Below, in pieces: positions 1-10,700 of a stretch of 64,000 bases of DNA (the first letter of the stretch is position 1; each line of letters starts with the position of its first letter). The stretch is from Diplonema japonicum (lineage: Eukaryota > Protista > Euglenozoa: Diplonemea), in the NCBI GenBank assembly GCA_964019335.1, contig OZ025667.1, positions 664,273-728,272 on the forward strand. The letters run 5' to 3'. Position numbers and translations under genes: made by a program. The notes beneath the pieces are model-generated. The model did no database searches. It was not told the DNA's origin and saw only the letters and a list, made by a program, of their open reading frames with translations.

Positions 1-216
1 CCCCATTCAACCCTCGTTTATTTTTACTTTTTTTTACTCCTCCTGTTTTCTTCTTTCTCTCTCTTTAAGTATTGGGACCCCCGGTTCCAATGTACCCCAC
101 ACTTGTTCTTTTTTTTTTTCTTTTTTTTTCTTTTTTTCCCTTTTTGTTTTTCCCCATTCGTTTCATTCACGAGTACTAAACTCATTTAGTTTTCCAGGTT
201 CAAAAAAAAAGAACAA

Positions 217-987
217 ATGTACAGGTTGGTTTCGAAAAGGTGGTGCCACGTGTTTGATGGGTTTAACGCAATGAACGCAGCAGATGTGGGTAAGCAAATG
301 CTGGCGATGAAACGAAAACGGGAACAAACCCGCGCAAAAATAGTAAAATCGGTTGATCTTGAACCGAAAATGCTGCCGGAGGAGGAGTCAGTGAACTGGG
401 GTCGTAACCGACCGGACCAAATCGAGGAAATGGCCAAGCACGTAAGAGTGATAAACGAATTCATCACAAAAGAACAAGAACAGGAAATCGATCTCATCAT
501 CACCTCCAGTCTCTCAGACCAACCATGGGAGAGCGCCCACTCTGACCAACTCATCAGAGCCTACCGAGAAATATATGTCCCCAAAGATGGGATTGAACCG
601 CTAGCTTGTTTAAACACCCTTTACACAGACCATCCCCTCACGGACTACTACCACTTCTTAGAATACAAACCCGAAGGGTATGTCAAGCCTCACCTTGACA
701 ACCGATCGGAGTCGAACCATGTTGTCATAGGGTTGTCTTTGCTGGACACAAGGATTATGACTTTGGAGCCCCCTGCAAGGTCAGAGTTCTCACCGGTTGA
801 GATTGTTCTAAGACCAAGGTCGGTGTATATCCTCACGGGGCCTGCAAGGCACACATGGTTGCATGGAATCGACTACAAAGAAGGAACAGAGGCTTATCTT
901 GACAGCAAACTGTGGTACAACGGAGGTGTGGTGGTGGGGTCAGAAAGAAAGGTGAGAAAATGCGTCGTGGTTCGGGCGGCTCCGTAG
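217..987 (+). CDS. ALKBH7: AlkB-family 2OG-Fe(II) dioxygenase, ALKBH7-like (probably mitochondrial)
   Basis: HFLEYKPEGYVKPHLD (HxD), VIGLSLL, LRPRSVYILTGPARHTWLHGI and C-terminal RxxxxxR; basic N-terminus resembling a presequence. Confidence 0.8.
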   Translation: MYRLVSKRWCHVFDGFNAMNAADVGKQMLAMKRKREQTRAKIVKSVDLEPKMLPEEESVNWGRNRPDQIEEMAKHVRVINEFITKEQEQEIDLIITSSLSDQPWESAHSDQLIRAYREIYVPKDGIEPLACLNTLYTDHPLTDYYHFLEYKPEGYVKPHLDNRSESNHVVIGLSLLDTRIMTLEPPARSEFSPVEIVLRPRSVYILTGPARHTWLHGIDYKEGTEAYLDSKLWYNGGVVVGSERKVRKCVVVRAAP

Positions 988-1049
988 ATTTTTTTTTTTT
1001 TTCTTTTGTTTTTCCCGTTTCCAAAAAAAAAAAAAAGAAGGAGAGAGAG

Positions 1050-1081
<32 letters not shown>

Positions 1082-1091
1082 AATAAAGAAA

Positions 1092-1781
1092 ATGACGTAC
1101 GTACCAGCGTACTGTTCGACGTTCTACGCTGTGGCTGTGACAGGGTACGGAAGCTCCTATGCATTGGGGGTTGGTTACGAAAGGAGCCCGAACTCTTTGA
1201 AGTATCAAAAGCCTGTTTTTTTTTCCGATAACGCGTTCGCGAGGTGGAACGACAACTACGTGCCTGTGCTGCTGGTCGGTTCCTTTGTGACTAGCAACAC
1301 GACAGACTTCGTGAGAAGCGTTGCAGAGCTGTCGTTGTTGCTGTTCCCTGCAGCGAGGGAGCTGGGCACGCTCTTCTCAGTGACAGCGTACATGGCGTGC
1401 GGGATTGCAGCGACGTTGAGCTGGCGGTTGCAAAGCAACATCAACCTTGAAAAAAACCAGACAATTTACGACAGAAACATAGGGACAGGCGGCGCAATCT
1501 GCGGCCTCGCAGGCGCCCTTCTCCTTCGACCGAACGCCTCACTCTTGAAAAACACAAAAATTCCCGCCCTCCCCTTCGCCCTAGCTGTCATTGGTGAACG
1601 AGCCTACAGCGAATATGCCCCCAAGCACGAAGCTGACAATGACGCCACTCCCGTCATCAGACAATGGGGCGGGTTAGGTGGTGCGATTTTTGGCGGTATT
1701 CTGGCGTTCACCACCCTTCGCCGCCGCTCCGGCGCGGCCATGAAACAAACCTTCCAGAAAAATTTTAAAATGAAGCCTTGA
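1092..1781 (+). CDS. Rhomboid-like membrane protein, probably catalytically inactive
   Basis: ATG at 1092 follows an A-tract. Several TM segments; NIGTGGAICG replaces the GxSG catalytic motif and QWGGLGGAIFGG replaces HxxGxxxG. Confidence 0.6.
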   Translation: MTYVPAYCSTFYAVAVTGYGSSYALGVGYERSPNSLKYQKPVFFSDNAFARWNDNYVPVLLVGSFVTSNTTDFVRSVAELSLLLFPAARELGTLFSVTAYMACGIAATLSWRLQSNINLEKNQTIYDRNIGTGGAICGLAGALLLRPNASLLKNTKIPALPFALAVIGERAYSEYAPKHEADNDATPVIRQWGGLGGAIFGGILAFTTLRRRSGAAMKQTFQKNFKMKP

Positions 1782-1884
1782 AAAGATCATTCGATTTGCT
1801 TTTTTATTTTCCCCTTTTCCATTTTTTTATTTTTATTTATATTATTATTGCTCTCCAGATCACCTTTCACAAGGGGGCAGGTTC

Positions 1885-2211
1885 ATGGAATTTTCTGACC
1901 TGTCTGACCTCACTTGCCGAGTCTTCACACAACTCATAAATGAGTTGAAGGCCGCCTCTCCCTCCCTTGCCGCTTCTGTGAAGTTGGCCCCTTCCAGAAC
2001 ATATGACGTGCTGCTCTTGTCCGAAGACGATGCTCGAAAAAGACTAAAGTTCACCGAACTTGTATGGAAAGGTATAAAGGAACTGCACGCCACCGAGGGT
2101 GACATTGGCGAAGTTCTTGCCTGGCTCGCGCCCCTCAGAGCGAGGTTTTCCCATTCTGTTCCCAACCCTGCCCTTCCGGCACCTTCAGTTCCGCTGTGGC
2201 GGGGAAATTAG
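1885..2211 (+). CDS. Hypothetical protein (108 aa)
   Basis: Non-homopolymeric ATG ORF downstream of a pyrimidine tract and AG (possible trans-splice acceptor); no recognised motif. Confidence 0.35.
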   Translation: MEFSDLSDLTCRVFTQLINELKAASPSLAASVKLAPSRTYDVLLLSEDDARKRLKFTELVWKGIKELHATEGDIGEVLAWLAPLRARFSHSVPNPALPAPSVPLWRGN

Positions 2212-2337
2212 AGTCACAAAGGGCTTTTGTATTTGTATTTTTGAGTTGATATTGCCAGGGCACTGAAACCACCACAAAGAAAGGAGGGGCACAATACACT
2301 GGCATAACTTCGTTTCTTTGCACGGAGGGAATTGAAA

Positions 2338-2460
2338 ATGTCAACTCTAGAAGCCATCCAGCAGAACAACACCTTAATTGTAGTGAAAGCGGGTGGCTTT
2401 GAGCTCCGTTTTCTCATCCTCACAGCTCCATCACCATCAAACCTTTCACTTTACATAAAA
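2338..2460 (+). CDS. PTP4A: PRL/PTP4A protein tyrosine phosphatase, exon 1
   Basis: Manual translation MSTLEAIQQNNTLIVVKAGGFELRFLILTAPSPSNLSLYIK matches the PRL N-terminus (RFLI..P); GTATGT donor at 2461. Confidence 0.85.
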
Positions 2461-2488
2461 GTATGTAGGGAATAAAAATTAAAAAGAT

Positions 2489-2570
2489 CGCGGACGGCAG
2501 GATTTGAACCTGCGCGGGCAGAGCCCAATGCATTTCGAGTGCACCTCCGTAACCACTTGGATACGTCCGC
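2489..2570 (-). tRNA. tRNA-Ser(CGA)
   Basis: Reverse complement folds as an 82-nt cloverleaf: GCGGACG/CGTCCGC acceptor stem, CT-CGA-AA loop, long variable arm, GGTTCAAATCC; followed by a T-run on the minus strand. Confidence 0.95.
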
Positions 2571-2667
2571 TCGTGGATTTTTGCGCTTCAAAAGACCAGT
2601 ACCTCATAGATGAAACCTGCAGCTGGTTGTAATTTATTTATTTTGAGGCGCGGAATTGGGCGTGGGA

Positions 2668-5600
2668 CATGGCGTGACAAGGCGAAGGTCAAGGAGGTAA
2701 ACCAACTCATGACCGAGTCGAAGCGCGCGGCCTGGGGTGAGATGGCGGCTGACCTCAGTCGGAGCAAGGACCTCGGGTCTGCGTTTAGGGCGGTGAAGAA
2801 GCTGGACGACACCGCAGACCGCACCTTCCCATTCTCGAGGGGAGGTTCGTGACGGACAAGGCGAAAGCCGACCGCCTGGGGGCTCACTTCGGCAAGCTCT
2901 ACGGCCAGGGTGGTGATGGGGACGCGGCGGACGTAGCTCCTTCGACGAACGTGCTTGGGTGCCACGCCTTTACGGTGTATGATCTCACCCGCGGTCTGGG
3001 AAGGATGAAGACACGCAGTGCAGCGGGTGATGATGGCATCTTCGCGGAGATGCTTCTCCACCTCGACTAGCCCTCGCTCGGGGTTCTACTTCTGCTCCTC
3101 AATCGCTCATGGCAGGCGGGGATTGTGCCGGGTGCCTGGAAGAAGGGGGTGATTGTTCCAGTGGCGAAGGCAGGGAAGGACGCCACGTTGCTTGCATCGT
3201 ACCGTCCCATATGTCTCACTAGCTGTCTTTGTAAGCTGCTTGAGAGGATGATAGAGGAGAGGCTTACCTTTCTCCTAGACTCTAGCGCGTCGGGCGTTGA
3301 GAGTCTCCACGACAGCCAGGCTGGCTTCAGGAGGGGCCGCTCCACGGAGGAGCAGGTGGCGTCCCTGACCGGGTGCCTGTCGAGGAACAAAGACAGTCGG
3401 CGTCTGTCGGCTGCCCTGCTGTTTGACTTCTCATCTGCGTTTGACCTGGTTCAGCACGAAGCTCTCTTGGGCATGATGCGGAGGAAAGGGATCCCTGAGC
3501 CCTTCGTCGAATGGACGCGCTCCTTCCTCTGCGGTCGTACGGCGGCGGTCACGGTGGGTCGTTCGCGAGGGTCGACGACGAAGGTGAGGAGAGGGGTGCC
3601 CCAAGGGTCTGTGCTGGGACCCGTCCTTTACACCATCTACGTCGACGAGCTAGCCAGGTTGCTGGTTGGGATGGCGGACCTGTCGGTTCTTTATGCCGAC
3701 GATGTTGCGGTGGTGGTCTCAGCCGGGCAGGGCGACCTGGCTGGTCTTGAGCGAGGGGCCCAGGCTGTGATGGACGCGGTTGAGGGCTGGTGTGGGAGAC
3801 GGGGCATGCTGCTGAGCTCCAGCAAGTCGCAGGCAGTGTGCGTTCCCTATCAGAAGCGGCTTAATGTCTACTTCTCTTCGTCGCGTGTCCCGCTTTGCCC
3901 GGGGGCCTTCCAGGACCCTGTCCTTAATCTTGGGGTTGGGGTCTGTGGGACCTTGTCTGGCGTCCGTGAGCTGTCTGGCTTTCGGGTCGTGGAGGCGGGT
4001 GGCAAACGGTCCTTCGACATTCCCGCCGCCATCCGGAGGTCCGACATTGGTTACATGGCGGCTCGCCCCTTGCCTCTATGTGGGTCGGCGAAGTATCTTG
4101 GGGTCACTGTAGACTCTGGGCTCACGTTTGACGAGCATGCGGGGGATGTCCTGAGGAGCGCTGACAAGAGGCTGAGGGTACTAAGGCTCCTGTCGGGCAC
4201 GACCTGGGGGTGCAAGAAGGCCACGCTCCGATCTCTGTACCTCACGTACGTTCTCCCGCTACTCCGGTACTGCATGGGTGTTTACTTTGCCAGGCTCAGG
4301 GACAGCAGGGTGGAGGAGCTTGTTGGGCTCCACCAGAGAGCGGCGGTGCTGATCTCGGGTTGTTGGCACGGCTCGGGCACGGCGAAGGTTGTTGCTGAGG
4401 CAGGTCTGCTACCCCTCCGACAGATGGCTGAGGGAGCTGCGGCGGTGTTGACGGCGAAGTCGTTCTGCTGGAGGACCTCCCCGGTTCACCGCGAGGTCCT
4501 TGAGCAGAAGCGGATGACCGGTATGGGCAATGGGTGGCTGCGTGCGGGTATCCTTGCGCTACGACGCTGCGGACTGCAGGGGTGGACGACGCAGGAAGGC
4601 TTCAGGAAGTACGACACCTTCGAGCTACTGACTGCCTCGCCCAAAGTAGCACCGTGGCATGCGATCCTGGTGGAGTTCAGAACTGCCCTTCCCGGCAGGG
4701 TCACGCGTTCGTCGCCGGACGTGGATAAGCGGAAGGCGGCCGTGGAGGCTCTGGCTGCCCTTCCACCGGGTATCCATGCCTATACGGATGGTTCTGTCGT
4801 ACGGGACCGCCAGAGGTGGAGGGGCGGCGCCGGGGTCTACTTGCAGCTCCCCCGCCCCCACGAACCCGTGTCCGAGAGCTTCGGCGTCAGCAATTTCTGC
4901 TCTTCCTTTCGGGCGGAGGGTCTGGCTGTCAAGGTGGCTCTGGACATGGTGGCCGCGCTCCGGAGCGAGCACCCCACGTTGGCAGACAGCCGGCTGTCGA
5001 TCTGTACCGACTCGCTCTCTCTCCTTGATCAGCTGAGGGCAGGTCCTTCGCGGCAGAGGGAGAGGCTCGACCACGAGACCTGGGAACTGCTGGTGGCCGC
5101 GGCACGTGCACAAGGTGCACCAGTCATTCTCCAGTTTGTGCCGTCCCACTGCGGGGTTCCTGGCAACGAGGCGGCAGACAGGCTGGCCGGGGAGGGCACG
5201 AAGCGCGAGCTGACTCGCCCCTCTCTCGACTACAGGTCGGTCAGGGCCCTGGTCCGTCGCCAGATTCAGCAGAGGTCTGCGGTCATTGTCGGGGAGGTGG
5301 CCCCGAGATACGCGAGGGCCACGGGGCTCCGAGCGGCGTGCTTCCCCCAGTCCCTCCCCAGGCTAGCGGAGACGGTCATCTCGCGGCTGAGGGTAGGGCA
5401 CTCCGCTCTCTTCTTCGGCTTCCTGCAGGCGGCTGGACCGAACAGGAAGAAGGCTGAGCTCAGCTGTCCAGCGTGTGGAGCACAGATGTCCAGGGAGCAC
5501 GTTGTTGGGGGGTGCGCTGTGGTTGGACGGGGTTCGCTCGACGCTCCCAATGGACGCCCCTCGCTGGTGGAGTGCCTGTCAAAACGCGTGACGCAGGTAT

Positions 5601-6478
5601 TCACCCTCATCGCCGACTCTGGCTTGCTTGACTGGGCCAGATCCGGGGTCTTCACGTCGCCGTCTGCGGCAACGGCAGGTACCGCTGCCCCTTCGTTCAT
5701 CCCGCCGGCTGTCTCCCTTGACGCCGGCCCTGCGGCCCCCGTGTTGCGCTGAAGTGAGTAGGGTGAGATCAACATTTCAATTCTTTTAGTGCTTACGTTC
5801 CCTTCCCCTCTCTTCCACTCCCTCTCATCCTTTTCTTTATCATCATCCGGCGTCTGGCCTTTCTCTTACCAGTATGCCCGTCCCCTTTTAAACTTTTAAA
5901 TTTTTAAAATTAACATCCTCTTGTTATCGTGTGCCCTGACATTGTAGTCAAAAACGGATGGCCCGGCCTACTCTGAAGTTGCCCAGATGAGTCCTCTCAT
6001 CTTCGCACGAACGAGTGTGGTACGGCCATCCCCTCCCCCCGCCTGCCGGAGTGCAGCGGGGAGAGCAAATACTTCCCCTATCATCCCCATGCGCACACGC
6101 ACACTCGCTTCCCCTTTTGATTTTGAGAGATTTTACTCTCACCCTTTCATGTTTCGCTCAATGGAGCAAATCCCTCTCGAGGGGGCGACCGGGGCCAGTT
6201 CCGGTCACCAGAGGTCCCAGTTGAGAAAAACGACGAACTGGGGTCAAGGTCCCCGTCCGAGTCACGTAGGTCTACGCGGCTTGGAATTAAAGTAATTCAG
6301 CCCTCTTCGGCTGTTCCAAACAGGTGCACGGGTTGGCGGAGTCCACAGCTCCATCTGATTGCAGAAGAACTGGTCTTCGCCCTCCCTGTAATATTTCCAT
6401 GCTTCCCTTCACCTTTCCCCTTCCCAGGTGTTGCTCCCCCATGGTGGCACCTATTGGTATTTTGAAGAAAAAAAAAAA
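2668..6478 (+). mobile_element. Non-LTR retrotransposon family A copy 1 (ingi/I-group; 5'-truncated, defective)
   Basis: RT (YRPICLTS, QAGFR, GVPQGSVLGP, YADD, KYLG), RNase H (YTDGS, TDS, VPSHCGVPGNE.AD), CxxC..H...C; ~720-nt 3' UTR and poly(A); target copies at 2654-2667 and 6477-6485; frameshift near 2850 and TAG at 3068-3070. Confidence 0.93.
3125..5752 (+). pseudogene. RT-RNase H reading frame of family A copy 1 (no APE domain, upstream stop)
   Basis: 875-aa ORF with RT and RNase H motifs, cut off from upstream sequence by an in-frame TAG. Confidence 0.85.
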
Positions 6479-6485
6479 TTGGGCG

Positions 6486-6522
6486 CCAACGATTCTAAAG
6501 CTACAGTTTCTGTACTTTATTG
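6486..6522 (+). other. Retro-integrated spliced-leader (mini-exon) sequence
   Basis: CCAACGATTCTAAAGCTACAGTTTCTGTACTTTATTG has the conserved euglenozoan SL 3' end CAGTTTCTGTACTTTATTG and a diplonemid-type 5' part. It is followed by GGAAGG, not by a GT donor, so it is not an SL RNA gene. Confidence 0.92.
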
Positions 6523-6556
6523 GGAAGGCTTAAAAAAAAAAAAAAAAAAAAAAAAA

Positions 6557-7777
6557 ATGTCAAGTGACAAAATGACGAAGCCGAGCAAGGCGGGCGCCTC
6601 CAAGGGGCCCCTACCGGACGGGAGCGAGCCCGACCAAGACCCGCCGCAGCTAGTGCTGCAAACCACCGAGGTGGTGATCAGAAAGACCCCCCCCGAGACG
6701 ACCCCCAAGACGAAGCCCACCCGGAAGCACTACGACGCAGTCGTAGCCCCGCTTGCCCCCAAGCCCACGTGGGCGGCCTTCATTGCGCAGGCTGGACTGG
6801 GGAAGTCGATGAGGTTCGACGGTGTCCTAGGCACCATCGTAACCACAGGGACTCCCCCTCTTCAGTCCTACTCAGTGAGGGACGGAGACACTACCCATAA
6901 GGTGGTGTTCGAGGAGCAGAAGGGATCCTTTAAAAGGAAACTACCGGGTGGGTCTCGTAGAGGGACCAAAATAGACTTCCGCAGGGAGTTCGGGGGGGCG
7001 AGCTGGTCGCAGGTGTGGGAGCTGGCCGACGAGAAGGAGGGGAGGAAGAAGAAGGCGAGAGAGGAGAAGGGGGCCAAAGCCGCAAAAAGGAAGGCCGAGG
7101 CCAGGGAAAGAGAGGAGAAGCTGGAGGCGAGGATCCAGGCGCTGGAGAGCGCCGAGAAGGAAGAGGGAGGCGGGATGGAGGACGACTGGGGCTGGAGGGA
7201 AGCCATGGACAGGCGGATTGCCGAGTTGGAGCAGGCGAGGGAACAGGCCGGGCTGTGGGAGAAGGCGTGCGAGAGGAAGGTGGAAGAGGTGGAGATGAGA
7301 AGGGTGCGTACGGACGAGAGGACTGAGGAGCTGAACAGGAGGGTGGGCCTGGTGGAGGGCGAGCTTGGTGGCCTGAGGGGGGAGATTTCTTCCTTGAAGG
7401 CGTCATCGGAGAGGACGGAGCGGTCGGTGGAGGAGCTGAAGCAAGGGATGAACAGATTACTCATCCACTTGACTACAGGAGCCCCCCCACCAGGAACCTC
7501 CGAGGAGGCAGACGGGTCCCCAGAACAGAGGGGACACGTGCCGTCCACCGATGGCGCTGACGAGGGGACTGACACCCCAGACTGCCCCAGGCACGCTGCG
7601 ACACCGGAGAGAAAGGGTACCGTAGCACCTTTATGCTACGACACCCCCCCACCAGCCGAAAGGCTCGTAGGAGTTGCCACAACAAGGCAGACAACCCTAC
7701 ACACCACCCCCTCGCAGACAACGCCCCTGCACAAGGTGAACCCTCCCGTAAAAAGGAAGGTTGAAGGCCAGTACTAA
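6557..7777 (+). CDS. Retrotransposon B ORF1 (coiled-coil protein)
   Basis: ATG at 6557 after a 34-nt post-SL, A-rich UTR; long E/K/R heptad coiled coil; lies upstream of ORF2. Confidence 0.8.
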   Translation: MSSDKMTKPSKAGASKGPLPDGSEPDQDPPQLVLQTTEVVIRKTPPETTPKTKPTRKHYDAVVAPLAPKPTWAAFIAQAGLGKSMRFDGVLGTIVTTGTPPLQSYSVRDGDTTHKVVFEEQKGSFKRKLPGGSRRGTKIDFRREFGGASWSQVWELADEKEGRKKKAREEKGAKAAKRKAEAREREEKLEARIQALESAEKEEGGGMEDDWGWREAMDRRIAELEQAREQAGLWEKACERKVEEVEMRRVRTDERTEELNRRVGLVEGELGGLRGEISSLKASSERTERSVEELKQGMNRLLIHLTTGAPPPGTSEEADGSPEQRGHVPSTDGADEGTDTPDCPRHAATPERKGTVAPLCYDTPPPAERLVGVATTRQTTLHTTPSQTTPLHKVNPPVKRKVEGQY

Positions 7778-10700
7778 GGGCCGTGCAATCTCATTCAACA
7801 CCCCTTTCACCCCCTTTCCCACACCGTCTCTCACTCCCTGTCCCTACTCCCAAACCCCCAACACTACACCCCATCTAAACGAAGATGAAGTACTACCCAG
7901 CCTCTCAAGCCCTGGAAGCTGGGGTGACCGCAAAGGCAGCACATCATCACCACATCACCATCCCTCATCTTTCCCTCTCTCCACGCACAATTCCTCCCCA
8001 AACAAGCACTCACAAACTCCCGTCACCGGTGACGAAGTATTACCCAGTATCCAAAGGCCTGGACCTAGGGGTGACCACACAGGCAATCTTCACATTCGCA
8101 GAAATCCCGCAGCCAGCGGTCCGCACGGAAAACACTTACTGAGCTGCGGGGACATAGAAGCGAACCCCGGTCCAACCACCGAAAAGACAACAAGAGTTGA
8201 ACACTCTCTCCCTCCCGTCCCCTCTACTTCCTCTCTCTCACAGGCACACTCCAACACAGCACCACCACCCAACAACATCAACGTACTGTCTCTCAATGTC
8301 AGATCCCTAACGGTGAGCACCACAGCGCAGCTGCTGAAGGGCATTGAGACACACAACATCGACGTGCTCCTACTCCAAGAGACTTTCCTGAGGCCGTCGA
8401 AAGATATAACCGGAGTCTTCACTGGGTTCAAGGCATACCGCCGAGACCGAACACGACCGGTGAAAAGAGGAAAGCAAATCAGCGGAGGGGGTCTCGTCAC
8501 ACTGGTCAGAGAATCGATACCGTCGAAACAGATCGAAGTTCTTCAGAAACCCAGCGACGTGACGGAAAGACTCGACGTAGAGATCTCGCTGCCCAACCGG
8601 AAGCCGTACAGACTCGTCAACCTGTACCTGCCTCCGACAACGGGTAGAGACGGCGACGACAGACCACCCCCCGAGAAATATTTCCGCCCGGCAGAGCTGC
8701 CTCATGACAGTTACACCATCATCGCCGGTGACATGAACGCCCACCACACGATGTGGGACAAAAGGGGCACTCCGAATAAGCTGGGAGAAATACTGCACAG
8801 CTGGATGCTGCGATGGGGCTACAGCACATGGAACAAGAGCAGCGAAGCCACGATCCTGAACCCGTCAGGAAACCCAACCTCTCCGGACATGGTAATGAGC
8901 GGCGCAGAGTTCGACAAATCTTCTTGGAGGACGTTGCCAGCAATGGGCTCAGACCACGTTCCGATGTTCTTCAGTCTGAGAGGGGGAGTCAGCCAACCGA
9001 CCAGAAGAGTACTCTACTCTTGGGGGAAGGAGGCAAGGAGCGCGTACAGGGAGACGATGGAAGAAAAGTGCAGCAGGCTGCTCAGGGCCAGAGACCCGAT
9101 AAGGCTAAACGCTGAGTTTCGCACACTTCTTCTATCGGCAACCGAATCGTGCGTCCCCAGGAAAGGACAGAAGAAAGGGAAGGTTTGGTGGAACGACGAG
9201 ATTGACGCACTCGCAAGGCGACGAAGCACACTGAAGGCGAAGCTGTTGTCCGAGGATCACGACGGGAACGACGAAGACCTGGCACGTCTAGCGGCGATGG
9301 AGGCTGAGCTGGACAGGGCGATAACGAGCGGGAAGCAGGCTGCCTGGGGCGACTACACCAAGAAGTTGTCCAAGGACGGAAACCTGACGCAAGCCTTCTC
9401 GGTCATCCGCAGATTCGACGGTCGCAGCGAGAAGCCACCAATAGCCCCGCTCCGACGAGGAAACGGTATCGCCACCACCGACAGGGAGAAGGCCAGTGTA
9501 CTCGTCGAACACTACGCGAGGGCCTGCTCCCCAAGGACGACTGCCAAGTCGGAGGAAGTGATCACCACCATCAAGAAGGACGCGAAGCCCGGGACAGACA
9601 ACGACTTCCCCCTGGTAACGAAGGACGAGCTGGACTCGGTGCTGCGAAGGCTGAAGAAGGGCAAGGCTCCGGGCCCAGACGGCATCTACAACGAAATGCT
9701 GAAGTACCTGGGACCGGTGGCCAGGGAAGTTCAACTCCTCCTCTACAACTCATCCCTCCAGACCGGTGTCGTCCCTGCCGAATGGAGGCGGTCTTCCATC
9801 ATCCCCCTCATGAAAAAGGGCAAAGACCAATCCGAACCCGCCTCGTACAGGCCGATCGCGCTGACGTCAAACATCGTGAAGACGTTGGAGCGAATAGTCA
9901 AGGACAGGATGTGCTTCCTGCAGGACACAGGACGGGTAAGGCAATTGCACACATCGCAGGCGGGTTTCCGGAAAGGGAGGTCCACGGAGGAAAACGTGCT
10001 GTACGCCGCCTCAAAGCTCAAAAGTGTCAGACTGAGCCAAGGTCTGGGGGGTCTCCTGCTGTTCGACTTCAAAGGAGCCTTCGACACAGTCTGGCACAAG
10101 GGAGTGATCGCAAAGCTGATAGGCGACGGATACCCTCCCAAGCTCGTGAAATGGATCACCTCTTTCCTCGACCAACGTAAAGCCTCCGTCTGTGTGAACG
10201 GGGAACACGGCTGCGTGAAGACAATGACAGGGGGCGTACCCCAAGGCACCATCCTGGCCCCGCAGCTCTTTTCCATCTACGTCAACGACCTGGCCAGGTT
10301 GTACAGGAAGGCTGGAATCGACGCGGTAGTGTACGCAGACGACATAGCGATAGTGCTGGAGGCGGGGAGTCCTGCCGAGCTGAACAAGAAGGTGCAACGC
10401 GCGGTGAGCCTCACGGAGCGATGGTGCGAGACGTTCTCGATGAAACTGTCCCAGGAAAAGACAGAGTTCATGCCGGTGGAGGGACAGTTCTGGAACTCGC
10501 ACGACAGTCTCGCAAACCTCATCAACGCCCGCTTCCCCTCGAGTGGGGCGAAAGTCAAGGTGGTACGCGAGGCTAAATATCTTGGCGTCACCTTCGACGA
10601 AAGCATGAACTTCCACGAGCATGTGCAGAAGGTGAAGGGAAAGATCAACAGCCGTCTTCGCCTGCTGCGCAAACTCGCCGGAACAAGGTGGGGCTGCCGC

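Noticed and set aside
912-1091. N-terminal extensions in the ORF track (also at 6428, 28582, 33958, 39102, 41172, 47951, 52122)
   Set aside because: They run through homopolymeric intergenic DNA; the ATG after the A-tract is preferred.
6486-6522. SL RNA gene
   Set aside because: No GT donor or SL intron follows, the first 2 nt are missing, and it sits directly after a TSD; interpreted as a retro-copied exon.
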